A stretch of 64,000 nucleotides of DNA from Amoebophrya sp. A120 (taxonomy: Eukaryota > Protista > Dinoflagellata). The stretch is from assembly GCA_905178155.1 (NCBI GenBank), contig CAJINV010000001.1, forward strand, positions 15,934,142 through 15,998,141, written 5' to 3'. Below, one piece after another: positions 36,001 through 48,100 of the stretch. Under the pieces are notes generated by a model. It was not told the origin of the DNA. It searched no databases and worked only from the letters and a program-made list of their open reading frames with translations. Positions within the stretch are counted from its first letter, which is position 1. Every line of letters begins with the position of its first letter. The position numbers and the translations under genes are program-made.

Positions 36001-39000
36001 TCTCCCCCACTGCTGCTGTCACCGTCTTGTCTGCTCAGTAACCGTGGTGGAGAACTCAACATGACACTCCGACTTTCCGACTCAGGTAGGGCACCACCTG
36101 GCGATGGAGATTCCGATGCCAGGTACTCAGGTCCTGTGTATAATGCAACCGGCTCTTCTCTCCCTTCTCTTCGGCCGGTGTCGCTGTTGTCGGCTCCTCC
36201 ACTCGGAGACCCTCTATCTTCGTCGTCCTCTTCGCCCTCGTCATCTCCGTCCTGCGGCATTGCGTCGTCGGTGTAAAATCTTTCTTCCCCGCTACTGTCG
36301 CTGCCGTCGGCTCCTCTGCTCGGAGACGTCGCATAGCGACGTCGTGGCGGTGTACGAGCCCATCGGCGTTCACCTGCAGATAAGGCTACATCATCTGGGC
36401 TTCTGCCCAGCTGAGCTTCGTGGTGTCTGCGCCGCTGAGCTTCGTGGTGTCTGCGAGCTTCGTGGTAGTCTGGAGCAGTAGACGCAACCTGTGGTGTCTG
36501 CGCAGCATTGCGGCCGGCTGGATGCGCCAGTTCATTAGGAGCAGAAACTGCTTCCGCCCTGTGACGAATTTCTTGCTGGTGGCCGGGAGCCAGTGTGCGA
36601 GCCGCCATGGCTAGGTGTTTAGGCTGAGGTGGTTCTAGCAAACTACTGGTACGTTGCGTCAAGCCAGAGCCATTGCTTCCCGGAGAATCTTCTGCCGCCG
36701 GCTGCGGCACGGGCTCCCCACTGCTCCCTGCAGGTATTCGCTGGCTTGGAGCCGCTGTTGAAGGTGGTCCCATCGCACTTCTGTCACGTTGCGTCGAGCC
36801 TGAGCTTGCGGAAGAATTATTGGTTCCCGAAGAACCCTCTGCCGCCGACTGCGCTGTTCCTCCCACAGCGACAGACGGAGGCTCCTGCTCTTGCTCCGAG
36901 CGCACCTCCGTGTGCCCCCTTTGCGACACACTGCTGTCACCGGCTCCGTCTTCTCCATCAATACTGCTGTCACCGGCTTCTCCGCTCAGAAACCGTGATG
37001 GAGAATTCAACATTACACCCGGACTTTCCGATTCAGGTAAGGCACCACCTGGCGATGGAGATTCCGATGCAAGGTACTCAGTTCCTGTGTGGGGCTGTAA
37101 CTCGCCATCAATATAGTAACCAGGTTGAAGCAAACCACGTTGCGTCGAGCCTGAGCTTGCGGAAGAGGAATTGCTTCCCGGATAATCTTCTGCAGCCGAC
37201 TGCGCTACTCCTCCCACACTGATAGACGGAGGCTCTTGCTCTCGCTCCGAGCGCAATTCCGCAGCAAACTGAGCCGCGGCGTGCCCCTGTGGCGACACAA
37301 ACGCATCCTCACTTCCTGCAGCCAAGGGGCCTTCATTTTGACTTTCTGTATCAAAGGGGACCATAATTCCACCTGCTGCGCCACTCCCGCTGGCGGGAGC
37401 CGCTGCGGCACTGGCTCGACGGCCTCGGCGAGCCGCGGCTCGGTGGCTCGGTCGCAACGGCGGTGCCGGTGGCTCGGTGGTTCCCGTAATCGGTGGAGCG
37501 GCCACATTCGTCGCAAAGGAACCTTCCGTAACAGCCCGGGGCTCGCCGTGCAGGCGTTGAAATGACGGAGGCGTCTCAGGTGCTGGCGCATCCGCATACG
37601 CATTCCAATTTCTGTATGGATTTCTGTATGGCGATGCACGGTATGCAGAGGTCTCGGACCCGGCGACGGTTGTCAAGGGATCAACTGCGTGTGTTGGTGT
37701 GATCGGATCAGCCTCTCGCCGTGGCTGCCCTAACCCCGAGTCATCCCACTCTGCTGGCCAGCCACTCATCTCCGCTGCGCCATCCCGATGGACCAAAGAG
37801 TCGTCAGATGAAGCGCGAGTTGGTGCCGTCAGCGGAACCGATTCCTGAGACGAAGAGAGGCGCCCCGCTTGCGGGGAACTCGTTTGTGGTACGGCTCGCG
37901 ACGAATTAATGTCACCGTCCCCACCACTGTATCCCGAAAAGGGGGGTTGATGTTGTTCCCCCGGGGCATAGAATCCCGAAGTTGCGGTGGCGGACGCAGA
38001 GGACCCCCCAGGAAATTGCTGATTTGACTGAGGGCTAGCTGGGGTCGCGTACGCGCTGCTCTGCACGTAGTTGTTCTGTGCGGGAGGTGAAGATGGAACG
38101 GCTCCCTCGGCGTCCCCGCCGCTGCTAGTTTGCTGGTAGCCCGCCGAAACACCACCTGCCGGATCTCTACTACCGGAATGGGTTTGCCCTTGCTGCGAAG
38201 CGGAGATCATATAAGGGGCTCCGGGATGCGGTGCTACTGTTGGTGTTGGAGCGGCATCTGCACCCCCGGCGTCCCCACCGCTGCTATTTTGCTGCTGGTA
38301 GCCCCCTGCCGAAACACCTCCTGCAGGGTCTCTACCGGGATTGGTCATGGTTTGCCTTTGCGGTGAAGCCGAGAAATAAGGACCTCCAGGTTGCGGTGCT
38401 GCAGAAGCTGCTGGTGCTGGAGCGACATAGTTATTATCTCCTCCCCCATAAAAATTACCAGTGTGGGGGGGCGGCGCAATGCTTTGACTTTGCCCAACTA
38501 AAGCCGCCGCTTGATCGTCGTCTCCTTGCGGAGGTGCAGCTGCCTGAGTCACAGGAGCTGGTCCCTCCCGCTGCGGGGCCACGGGCGGTCGCTGGAGCAC
38601 GGCGTCGAGATTGTGGCCCCACACCTCGTCGTGGCCGTTGGCAACATCCCTCGCCGTGCTGGGCGGCGAGTACTGAAGATGTTCCTCGTAGTACTTCACC
38701 TCCTCCTCGACCACGTGGGTCATCACCTGCTCGATAGCTTCCGCACGCGCGTTCATGTCCACCGGTTGCATGGTCAAGAAGCTGAGCAGCATGGTTACTG
38801 GATCAAGAGCACTTGATGCGTCGTCCCCATTTGAAGATGTTCCGGATGTTGAAAAGTGGTGGACCATTCCCTTGAACAAATCGAACAGTTGTCGAATCTC
38901 CGGCTGCCGCAAAACTGTCATGAATTCCCCCACGGCGTAGTGTCGCTCCGGTCTTTTATTTTTATAGGAACTGCTCGCCTGCTGGTTACTCTGCTGATAG

Positions 39001-39935
39001 AGCTTGTTCCTCCGGCCGCCGTTGTTCCGTGGGGGCGCCCCTTTCTGCTTGCTCCGGTGCGCGGCGGGAAGGAGCCCTTCGTCCGCGAGATACTCCATCA
39101 GACGCTCCACAACGTCCTCTATCTCCCCGCCCTGCTTGATTTCCTCAACAATGAGTTTGCAGAACTGGCTTAAAGTTTTTTGGCTCGTCATGCTGCTTGG
39201 CAATGCGGGAAGCGGCGACGAGGGCGGAGAGCGGTGGGAAGGGGGAAGCCGAGGTGCCTGTCCGGGCGACGTGTTGGGGAAATTGCTATCCAAGAACTCG
39301 AGAATCTTTTGCTGCCCGGCAAGAAGCAACTCTTTCGGGGTGCGATGATGTGATGCTGGCAGCGCGCTAGGGTCGTTGGAGGCACTGGGACCCCCTCCCG
39401 CGAGGTATTGCAGACTCGTCGCTCCGGCCGGGACCAGTCCATTACCACTGGGACGATTGGCAGAGGATCCAGTAGGAGGAATGTTGGTAGCAGCTGCGGC
39501 ATTTCTTGCAACAACGATGTTGGGGCCAGTACCCCTATTTCCGGTGCTGGCTGCGTTCAGCGAAGCTGCGTGCATCGGCTCCTCACCTTGGCTCGGGGTC
39601 AGCAGCGCGGATCCGGGTGTCGGAAATCTAGTTGAAGTAGAAGTAGAAGGAACATCATGGGCAGGGATGGTTGCAGCTGTAGTGCTCAGGCGAAATATTA
39701 TCGCCGGCAGCAACAGCCGCAAGAGGAACAGATGGCTGCTTGTAATTCGCCGAAGAGGACTTCTGTTGGTTTTTCGACCACGATAACATTGGTGGCCAGA
39801 CGAACATTCTGCAGCTCCCTCCGTGATGGTCCTTCCTTTGAATATTAGCTGAGAAATTTTCGTGCAGGCTGGCGCTCGTCGTTCTACTACTGGTAGAAAC
39901 GCTGTTGTTTTCGAAAGCTTATGTCCGGCGTACAT
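33090..39935 (-). CDS. Large mucin-like type-I membrane protein (~2,200 aa)
   Basis: ORF 33762-39935 joins the 33090 frame through a phase-1 GT-AG intron at 33587-33826 (FFG-PDLRKLV). Signal-like stretch LFLLRLLLPAIIFRLSTTAA, long S/P/G/A-rich region, globular C-terminal part, TM LMICCVLTGVLLLVAIVLTIVLI, basic stop-transfer and acidic tail. Start codon uncertain. Confidence 0.8.
36010..38345 (-). repeat. Interleaved intragenic duplications in the mucin-like gene
   Basis: EYLASESPSPGGALPESES x2 (~36010-36140, ~36965-37090); RSEx EQEPPS...SSASSGSTQR x2 (~36785-36905, ~37135-37255) plus a partial copy (~36630-36700); RDPAGGVSAG x2 (~38105-38175, ~38265-38345); HEAQ/HEAR repeat (~36412-36467). 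Confidence 0.85.
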
Positions 39936-42166
39936 TTCGTGTTCTGGCTACTTCGACGACTTCGTCCGAGTGCATGAGGCAGCAGCTGTCCGCGATGCTT
40001 GTCTCCATGCAGCTCGACACGCGAAGCCCGTAGTGACCTACTGCTAGAAGTAGGCAAAGATCTTATAAACCAGGTTAGGTCGTACAGTCGTCATTTCAAG
40101 GTTGCAATACGAGGCTACTTTAAACCAAAACAAAGAACTTTAAACCAAAACAAGGATAGTATCAAAACGTACAAAATTATTACTTAACTATATGCTCGTC
40201 AGATGAGCGGTTCACAGATACAAAAAAAAAAAAATCGTAAAACAATACTACTACGTAGCAGAACATAGGCATAGCATACCCTACAAGCCACTGAAATTGA
40301 ATTCAAGGAGCGAATACTCAACATCGATAACGAACCAATGCTCGGTAAGCCGTTCGGTTCGGTTGTCGGATCATTCCTTTATTTCAGTTTCTTTCTGGCT
40401 TCTCGCATCAAGGTTTAAAGAATTTTCGTAGCTGCAGGGGACACTCGTTTCCAACCGAAACAGGAAACCGATTCCGAACCGATGTGAAGAAACCAAAGTC
40501 AAAGGGAAGTCCGATCTGATTTCGGAACTTTTTATTTTCTTCCACCCAGGATCAACATTCATCAAGTGGAAGGGCTTTGATCCTAGTTGTCGGATACGAC
40601 TTTTTTTCTTCTATTTGCAGCTCCGGTTTCGACGGAACCACAGTGGTGCAACTCACAAAGCCGATCTGTAAAGTACTGATTTGCACTTGACGCACACCAC
40701 GATCAGTGGCTCTTACTTTATTTAGATCTTTTGGTGCAATTATGTTCTGGTGTTCAAATTTGGGAACGGAGAATATTTTTCGCGATCTTTGCGTGGGCTA
40801 CTCCATGCAACGAATATTCGTATCTTCGATTTATTTTTTCCTTCGATCTGAAAACAGCTGCGGCGCTCGTGAGTGTTATTAGACGCTGCACCTGTTTTAC
40901 TTCGAGCACCGAGGAATATGTTTTCATTTTCATTTTCTCACCAGTTGGGGGACCGAAAATAAAAGCAAGACCGATGATTGAACACACAAGCAAATGATTT
41001 GTTGCCTTCGCAAAAGATTATAGCAACTCGCAGTTTACAGCGGTGTCAGACAGAATGGCGTAGAACTGAATATACGTCAGAGAGGAGAAAACATATCTTG
41101 GTCTACTTTATCGCTTTATTACTCTTCTGGGACCAGCGCTTGACAGAGGTGGTGGTCTGGGGAGACCGTGGGACATCTGTGTGTGATCGCAACAGCAGCG
41201 TAAGAATGCAACATATGAAATGTGTTCTGCTTCTGGTAGAAGCTCGGCGGCGCGGTGCAACACGATTTTCTGCTTACCGTGGTATCTATTTGCTTCAAAC
41301 AACGACAAGACGCATGCTGTGCGACTAATATATGAGGCGTGACCGTGCTCGTTATTTGCTGTTGTTACTATTTTGGACCAGGCACGCAATGCTCCGATTG
41401 AAAAGCAAGGCAGCTGTGCCTCAACCTCCGAGAGTCTGCTGCGATACAGAAGTGCGGGACGAAGTATACTGGATGACGTTTTGCAGCTGCATACTAACTA
41501 ACAGTCTCCGAGATACTTTTTTCGTTTTGGGCATGATCGCAGTCGCAGCGAAACTCCGGAGTACATACTGAGTGGCGCGTAGTATTATGATAAAATTTAT
41601 TTTCCTCGAGCAACGGTCGCGGCTAGGTCAAGCGGACGAAATTAATAATGTCATCAATTCTAAGAATAGAAATGGTACGATATTAATTTTCGATGGATAA
41701 AGTAGCTAGTCGGCGGGGATGGAGAGAAAAATATAGCATGTTTAGTGTAACAAATCAAGAAAAAGAAAAAATGCGAAACCTATCGAAAAACACGAATGAA
41801 CGCAATAAGACACAAAGACCTCCTAGAATTGTCGCGACCGAAGCCGCGAAATTCCTTGTTCCTGGCTGTAAACATAAAATAAAAAAACTCGTTTGAAAAA
41901 ATCGTGTAAAGTAAACTCGTAGATAAAAAAAAATTGGATGAAAAAATAGTTCGTGTAATGTAAAGAATTCAAAGCTAAAAAACGCTTGAGAGCTACTGTT
42001 TTTGTTATTGTTTATATTTGTGATTACAAAGAAATTGAAGACGCTACGTAAATGATTTATGCATGATGATTTGAATCCATGTTGTATGAGAAATTTGCAA
42101 TAATATTAGAAAGCAAAAAAAAAGGCACACGGACGGCACCCCCTTTCTTTAGTATGCCCCGTGAGC

Positions 42167-45100
42167 TCAAAACATGGCATCGAGCGCGCGCAGTTTCGCT
42201 TGTTTTCTGTGATCCACCGTGGCGAGCGGTACTGAAGCAGACGCGTGGCTTACTATTACTTCTGCATCGTCCTGTCGTGCGGAGGGGGGCGATAGAAACT
42301 TGATCTGCGGCGCAGCTGCTGCAATGCCGGACGCTGTCCTCCTTCTCGGTTCTCCTGTCGCTCTCGAAGTTCGTGTGAAGGGAAGCAACGGCACTCGTGT
42401 CAGCATAGACGTGAAAAAGGTCCCAAAAAGCGAGGAAGACTTCTTCGACGGCATAGCTGCGAGATTAGAGGACCGACCGGAAGACAAAGGGGAGCCCGAT
42501 GGAGTAGACCACTCGTCGTTCACAAATACGGCTCCTGGGTGCATTGCACTAGTCGTATTCGTCTTCTTCACCGGGCTACTGCCGTTAGACGTGGAAAATT
42601 TTGCGGGGCTGCGATCCTTGCTCTTCCGAGACAAGTCCACGAGCGACATGCGATCCTTCGCGCGCTGCTGCCGCAGCAACTCTTTACGTTCTCGCTCCTC
42701 AAAAATGCTCGAGAAGTCTAGTCGCAGCTTCGTTCTGAAGTCTAGTCTCGTCACGAGGGAAGGTACAACTACCGGTGCTGATGCAGTTTTCGTCTTGGCT
42801 GCGGAAAGGACAGTCTTCTGGTCGACAAGTGCTGGCAAAGGCGTAGCTGACACCCCCGCTGACGCTTTTACCGCGCCGACCTCCTGCTGTTGTTGCTGCG
42901 AGGACACTATCACCTCCGCGACCGATCTGCGTCCGCGCGCACGCGAGCTCGATTGCGGTCGCTTGGAGCTGACGGTAGTCACGGTCGCTTCGCTGGCCTG
43001 GTCCACATCGGTGCTCGCCGCCGCGCTGTCTGCCGTGGTTCTTCTGGTGGTCGTGAAAGAAGACGCGTCTGGCTCGGTGGGGGAAGGCACACTGCCGGGG
43101 AGCAGGTGTCGCTCTAGACGCTGCTGCTGCTGCTGCAACGCTTTTTGGTCTACGGCCTCCGTTTCTATTGCTCTGGACCTGAAGGACGCTGTCCGAACAC
43201 TTTGGTCTTGTTGCGCTCGAGGTCTCTCGCCGCGGGGAGCGTAGAGAACGCGCTCAGAGGACGCCCCAGAAACGACGGAAACAGCATCCGTCTCGTCGAT
43301 CACGCCGCCCGTTTCCATCATTCGCTGCACATACACGTCGTCATGTATTGCCGGAGTTATCAGCTGATTTCGTTGCGCAGCCTGTGAAATTTTCAAAATA
43401 AAAGGTTGATTTTTGGTTTTCAAAAGAACTACTAGTACACATCTTTTATTTTTTTTTCGTTGCAGCAAAAGGAATCATAAATCAGTAGTGATCGATATTG
43501 TCGCGTTCGACAATCTATGAGAATCGGACAGCCTCAAAGACCGAATCCGAAGCAATAACAAGAGTAGGAAACAAGAAAAAAACTTTGAATTTGATCAACT
43601 CGCAATCACGATGTCAATTATGCAAAATCGCTCCTACGAAATACCGATCCTGGACGGTTCCTTGCCGATGCAGAGTTTCGGGCGGTCGTGCTCTCGGAGG
43701 TGGTAGAATTGCGAGCGGATGCTTGCCTGTTTGAAGCGTCCCGCAACGTCGGGTTTAGCACCCGGCCCTTCGTCGCTAGTCTCTTCTGCATTTCGAGTTG
43801 GTGGTGGATCACTTCTTTTCGGCTTGCGATGGTTCGGACGTTTGGCTCTGAACTGCCGGAGGACGCTCCTTTCACTGGTGAGGGAATGTTCTCTCCTGGT
43901 TTTCGGGCCAACAATTCCGGGTCGATCCTATTTGCCGTGGCAACACTGGCCTTCGCCAGTCTGGCGTGTTCGGTGCGCTTTCCCGGAGACGAGAAAAAAC
44001 CCGCTGCAAGGGACACCAAATCCCTACTCACCGCGTAGTTCTCACCAGACGGAGAGGACGCATTGTGGCTACCCTCCTGTAGTCTAGCCGGAGTGGTTGC
44101 CGTTGCGTTGCTACCGTTATACTGTCCTTGTACAGCAGCTTCCTCGCACTCCTCAACCGGAAATAGCTGTACTTCTTCAACTTCCTCCTCTTCGTCAGAA
44201 TCGTTATCATCCCCACTGTAGAACAGAAAGCCGGGCCTTTGTGGACGAGCCTTGGATGAAGAATCCGGGGAAGTCCTTACATCCTCGATCTCCAATGGTT
44301 GCATGCTACTATGCTCGCCCTCGACGGGCTTGCTTGGTTCCTCTTCTTGTTCATCCGTCGCAGGAGGCGACTGGTGCTCTGCACTGCTGGAGGCTGCTGC
44401 ACCAGCCTCGGCGCTAATTGTAGTGGTCGTGGCTCCGTTGTTCCCCGCGGCCCCGTTTGAACTTCTCATTTTCGCCAGAAACGGATTGTCGCTCTTGTCC
44501 TTGTTGGTCTGGAGTATGGATACCACCGCGCCCTCGGGGCTCTGCGGTTCGCCGTTCTCCTCGGAGATAAATTGCCCCCGGGTCATCGCGCGCTTCAGGT
44601 GCTTGTGAAAGTTGGGCTCCCCCGGCTCCAGGACGCTCTGTTCCACCATGCTGATATCGCGCATCAGGTAGCTTCTTTCCTCCTCATCTTCAACACCGTA
44701 GAACATCACAACGCGGATGCAGTGCTGCACCACCGATAAGAACGTCAGCTCGCCATGCACATCCCCGCGAAGATGCAAGAATGCCTTTTCTCTTTCTGTC
44801 AGCTTGTTCGGGTCTGTAGAAAAAAGTTTGGGAATAATTTTGGAGGAACGAAGCGAGGGTTTTGAAGAGTGTACAGAAAGGTGAAGCTAGCTTGGGCGAG
44901 CCACGAGTTGTTCGCTGCAGCGCTTAAAGAACCATCACCTCCTTCCCTTGTTGCATAAAGCATCTTGTTCCCTCAGATTCATCATTGTTCCAGAACAAAA
45001 AAAAACCTGAACATCTTGGTTGCGCGTGTCCTACTCAAGGAACCGCGGCGCTGTGTTCATGATCTCAGCTAGTAAGTACATCAACTACCCACCCATCTAA

Positions 45101-48100
45101 AAAAAAATTCTATCTTCTATATAGGTGTTGTACCTTCCCCCGGCTCCTTTCCCTCGACTAGTGTGCGGCACTCGGTGACAAAGTCGGGCACTTTATGCAG
45201 TGATATTTTGAGCCGGAAGTTGGGGTCGTACTTTTTCCAGAGGTCAATCGCCTGATTGACGATTTCCTCCTCCGTTTTCTGCGTGGAGTCTTCGTAGCCC
45301 TCCAAAATGACCGCAACAACTAGGTTGAAAACCACGAAGGTTATCACCATGGTGTAGCTCACCCAGTACAAGTGCGACATGGCCTTGTTCCCGCACCCGA
45401 TAGGGTGCTCAATCAAGCACCGCTCGTTGACCATGTCGTACGCCGCTTTATTGGGCAAACCGAAGTCCGCCACGCACGGGGCCCCGTCGAATTTTCCGAA
45501 CGCGAACGCGCCCCGGCCCAGGTCGTGCATGATCTCGTTCCACGCTTCGCCAGTCATCGCGCGGACCAACGTCATAATCGACCGGTAGAACGAGCGAAAA
45601 TTCCCGCGTTCGTCGTGCGTCGCAGCGAACTGGACCTTTCCGAACAGCTGTATGCCCATTACGGCGAAAAGAAACAGCAGTAAGAAGCAGATGCAGGCCA
45701 CGTTCAAAAGTTTCGGGATCGACAACAGAAACGCCGTGAAGATCTTGTTCAACCCTTTCGCGAACTGCAGCAACCGCAGCAGGCGCGCCACGCGGAACAT
45801 ACGCATGATGGAGAGCAGGGGCCCGAGCTGGATGTCCAACGCGAACTCCAGGACCACCCCGACAATCGTCGATAACACCAGCATGAAGTCGAACACGTTC
45901 CAATAGTCGGAAAAGTAGTACAACCGGTGTGCGAAGAGTTTCATGATAGCTTCAATCACGAAGACCGCGGAGAACACGTAATTCAGCGCGAAGAGCGTGG
46001 AGTCGTACGTGTCCCAGTCGAAGCCCTTCCCCGCAGGGTCGTCGGGGAACACACTCATGGCCATGACGAGCGCGTTCAGCACGATGCAGGTCATGATGAA
46101 CCCCTCAAACCGGTCGTCGTTGACCAGGAAGAACATCTGCCGGCGGCGGAGGCTGTAGGTGTCCAGGTGCTTCAACGACAAGAAGATCTTCCGCGTGTGC
46201 AGCATCTTCTGCGTGTTGATCCACTTCTGCTGTGCGGGCGTGATCAGCAGCGACATGGCGGGGTGTTGCTGCGCCTTCTTCATCTCGGCGAAGGAATCGA
46301 CAATGACACCCACACAGAGGTTCAAAATCAGGAAGCACCCGACCAGCATGAAGAGAACGAAAAACAAAGTCCACACCTCCGCGTAATCGCGTAACGGCTG
46401 CCGGTCAATCCCGCGGGCGTCCACCGCGGAAAGCATGACGTCGACCCAGCCCTCGGTGGTGCTGATTTCTAGCAGCGTGACCACCGCGTCCCCTATGTTG
46501 TCGAAATTTTGGCTGATGCGCGGCATCCACTTGTAGGCCTGCTCGCCCGTGCTCGCGCCCTGTTCGACGCAGAGTGCCGCGTCCTGCGTCATGGCCTGGC
46601 AATTGTCCTCGCAGGCGCACGCGGATTTGCATTCGGTGCGGCAGGCCACGCAGGCCGCGCTGCCCGTGTTGTCTTTGCAGCTGTCGCTGCACTGGCCGAG
46701 CAAGTCGTCCTCGCAGAAATCGATGCACTGCTGCGAAATCTCCTTCTCGCTGCAGTACCGCGCCTTGCAACTGCTGCACGACATCAGATTGTACTCCAGG
46801 GCCGCCTGCCACGCGGGCGGCACCCCCGCGGCGAACTCGGGCTGCCGGACCGGCGCCGCCGCAGTGGACGTGGCGGCCGGGAAGTTGCAGCGATTTGGGA
46901 GATCGGACACCCGCACCCCGTTGTCGTCGAACCGTGTCACGCGTTTCAGTGCGGGGTACGATGCGCAAACGCCCGCGCCCGTCTCCTCGAGCGGACAGTA
47001 CGCTAAGCAGATCGGCACGTCCGGCGCCGGCCGCTGGTACGCCTGCTGTCCGGCGGCGCAACTCGCGCCCGTCTGCTTGATTAACCGCTTGCCCTGGGAG
47101 CAGTTTTCGGCCGCGGTGCAATCGTATTCGCACATCGCTGTGGTGGGCGTGGTCAGGTTGATTTCCATCTGTCGCCTCAGCGTGTAGACGTCCAACCCGC
47201 TGCACTCGTTGAAGGCGCCTTTCAGGTAGTTGATCGCGATCAGACCGATGATCAGGAAGAAGAGCATCATCAGCATCGCCAGCGTCCGCAGCTGCGGCAG
47301 GGACGCGAAGATCGTGTTCACCACGAGCTTCAGATTTGGGTTGCGCGAGATCACGCGCAGGGGGCGGAACGCGCGGAGGATGCGCAGGGTTTTGAAGAAG
47401 GACACGTCGGTATCGGAATCTTCGTCCATGGTGAGGCTGACAAAGTAGAACGCCATGTCAATTAAGGACACCGTGACGACGACGCCGTCCAGCACATTCC
47501 AGCCGCTGCGCCAGTAGGTCCGCCAGCCCATGGCCACATGCTTGATGGCCATCTCCGTGGTGAAGATCACCGTGAAGATGATGTTCATCACGGTGAGCGC
47601 GACCGCGCCGGGGTGCTGCGGGTAGATCAGCGGGTCGTCGAAGGCCATACCCATGCTGGACAGCACGATCATCACCAGAATGAACTGGTCGAACCGCTTG
47701 TGCTCGCAGATGGCGACGCAGATGGGGACCAACCAATGATCGTCCTTCTGCACCATCCGCGTCTCCTTCGCCTCCAGCACCACGGAGCCTCTGCGCAGCA
47801 TCCCGAACTTCTTCTTGTTCTCCTCTGATGGGGCGGAACCGGATGAATCTACCACAGCGGAGGTCTCAGCACCGCCTTCAACATCTCCGGGAGCGGGGGC
47901 TTCTGCGTCTTGCTCTGCTTTATTATCCGCGTCATCTGCCCCCTTTGCCGGGTCCTCTCCACCAAGGTTCGCGAGCTCGAGGCCGGCGCCGGTCGTCGTC
48001 TCGCCCCCAGCACCACTGGGAGTCGTTTTGCTCGCGTACTTCTGCGCTTGTTCCTGGCGCTGCTTCTTCATGTTCGCTTTCAGCTTCTTCAGGTCCGCCC

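Noticed and set aside
36412-36467. Short spaced repeats (gagcttcgtggt) as a CRISPR-like array
   Set aside because: In-frame coding repeat (HEAQ/HEAR) in a eukaryotic gene, with no unique spacers or cas genes.
40000-42100. Short ORFs in the AT-rich spacer
   Set aside because: Intergenic/UTR-like composition with no protein-like signal.
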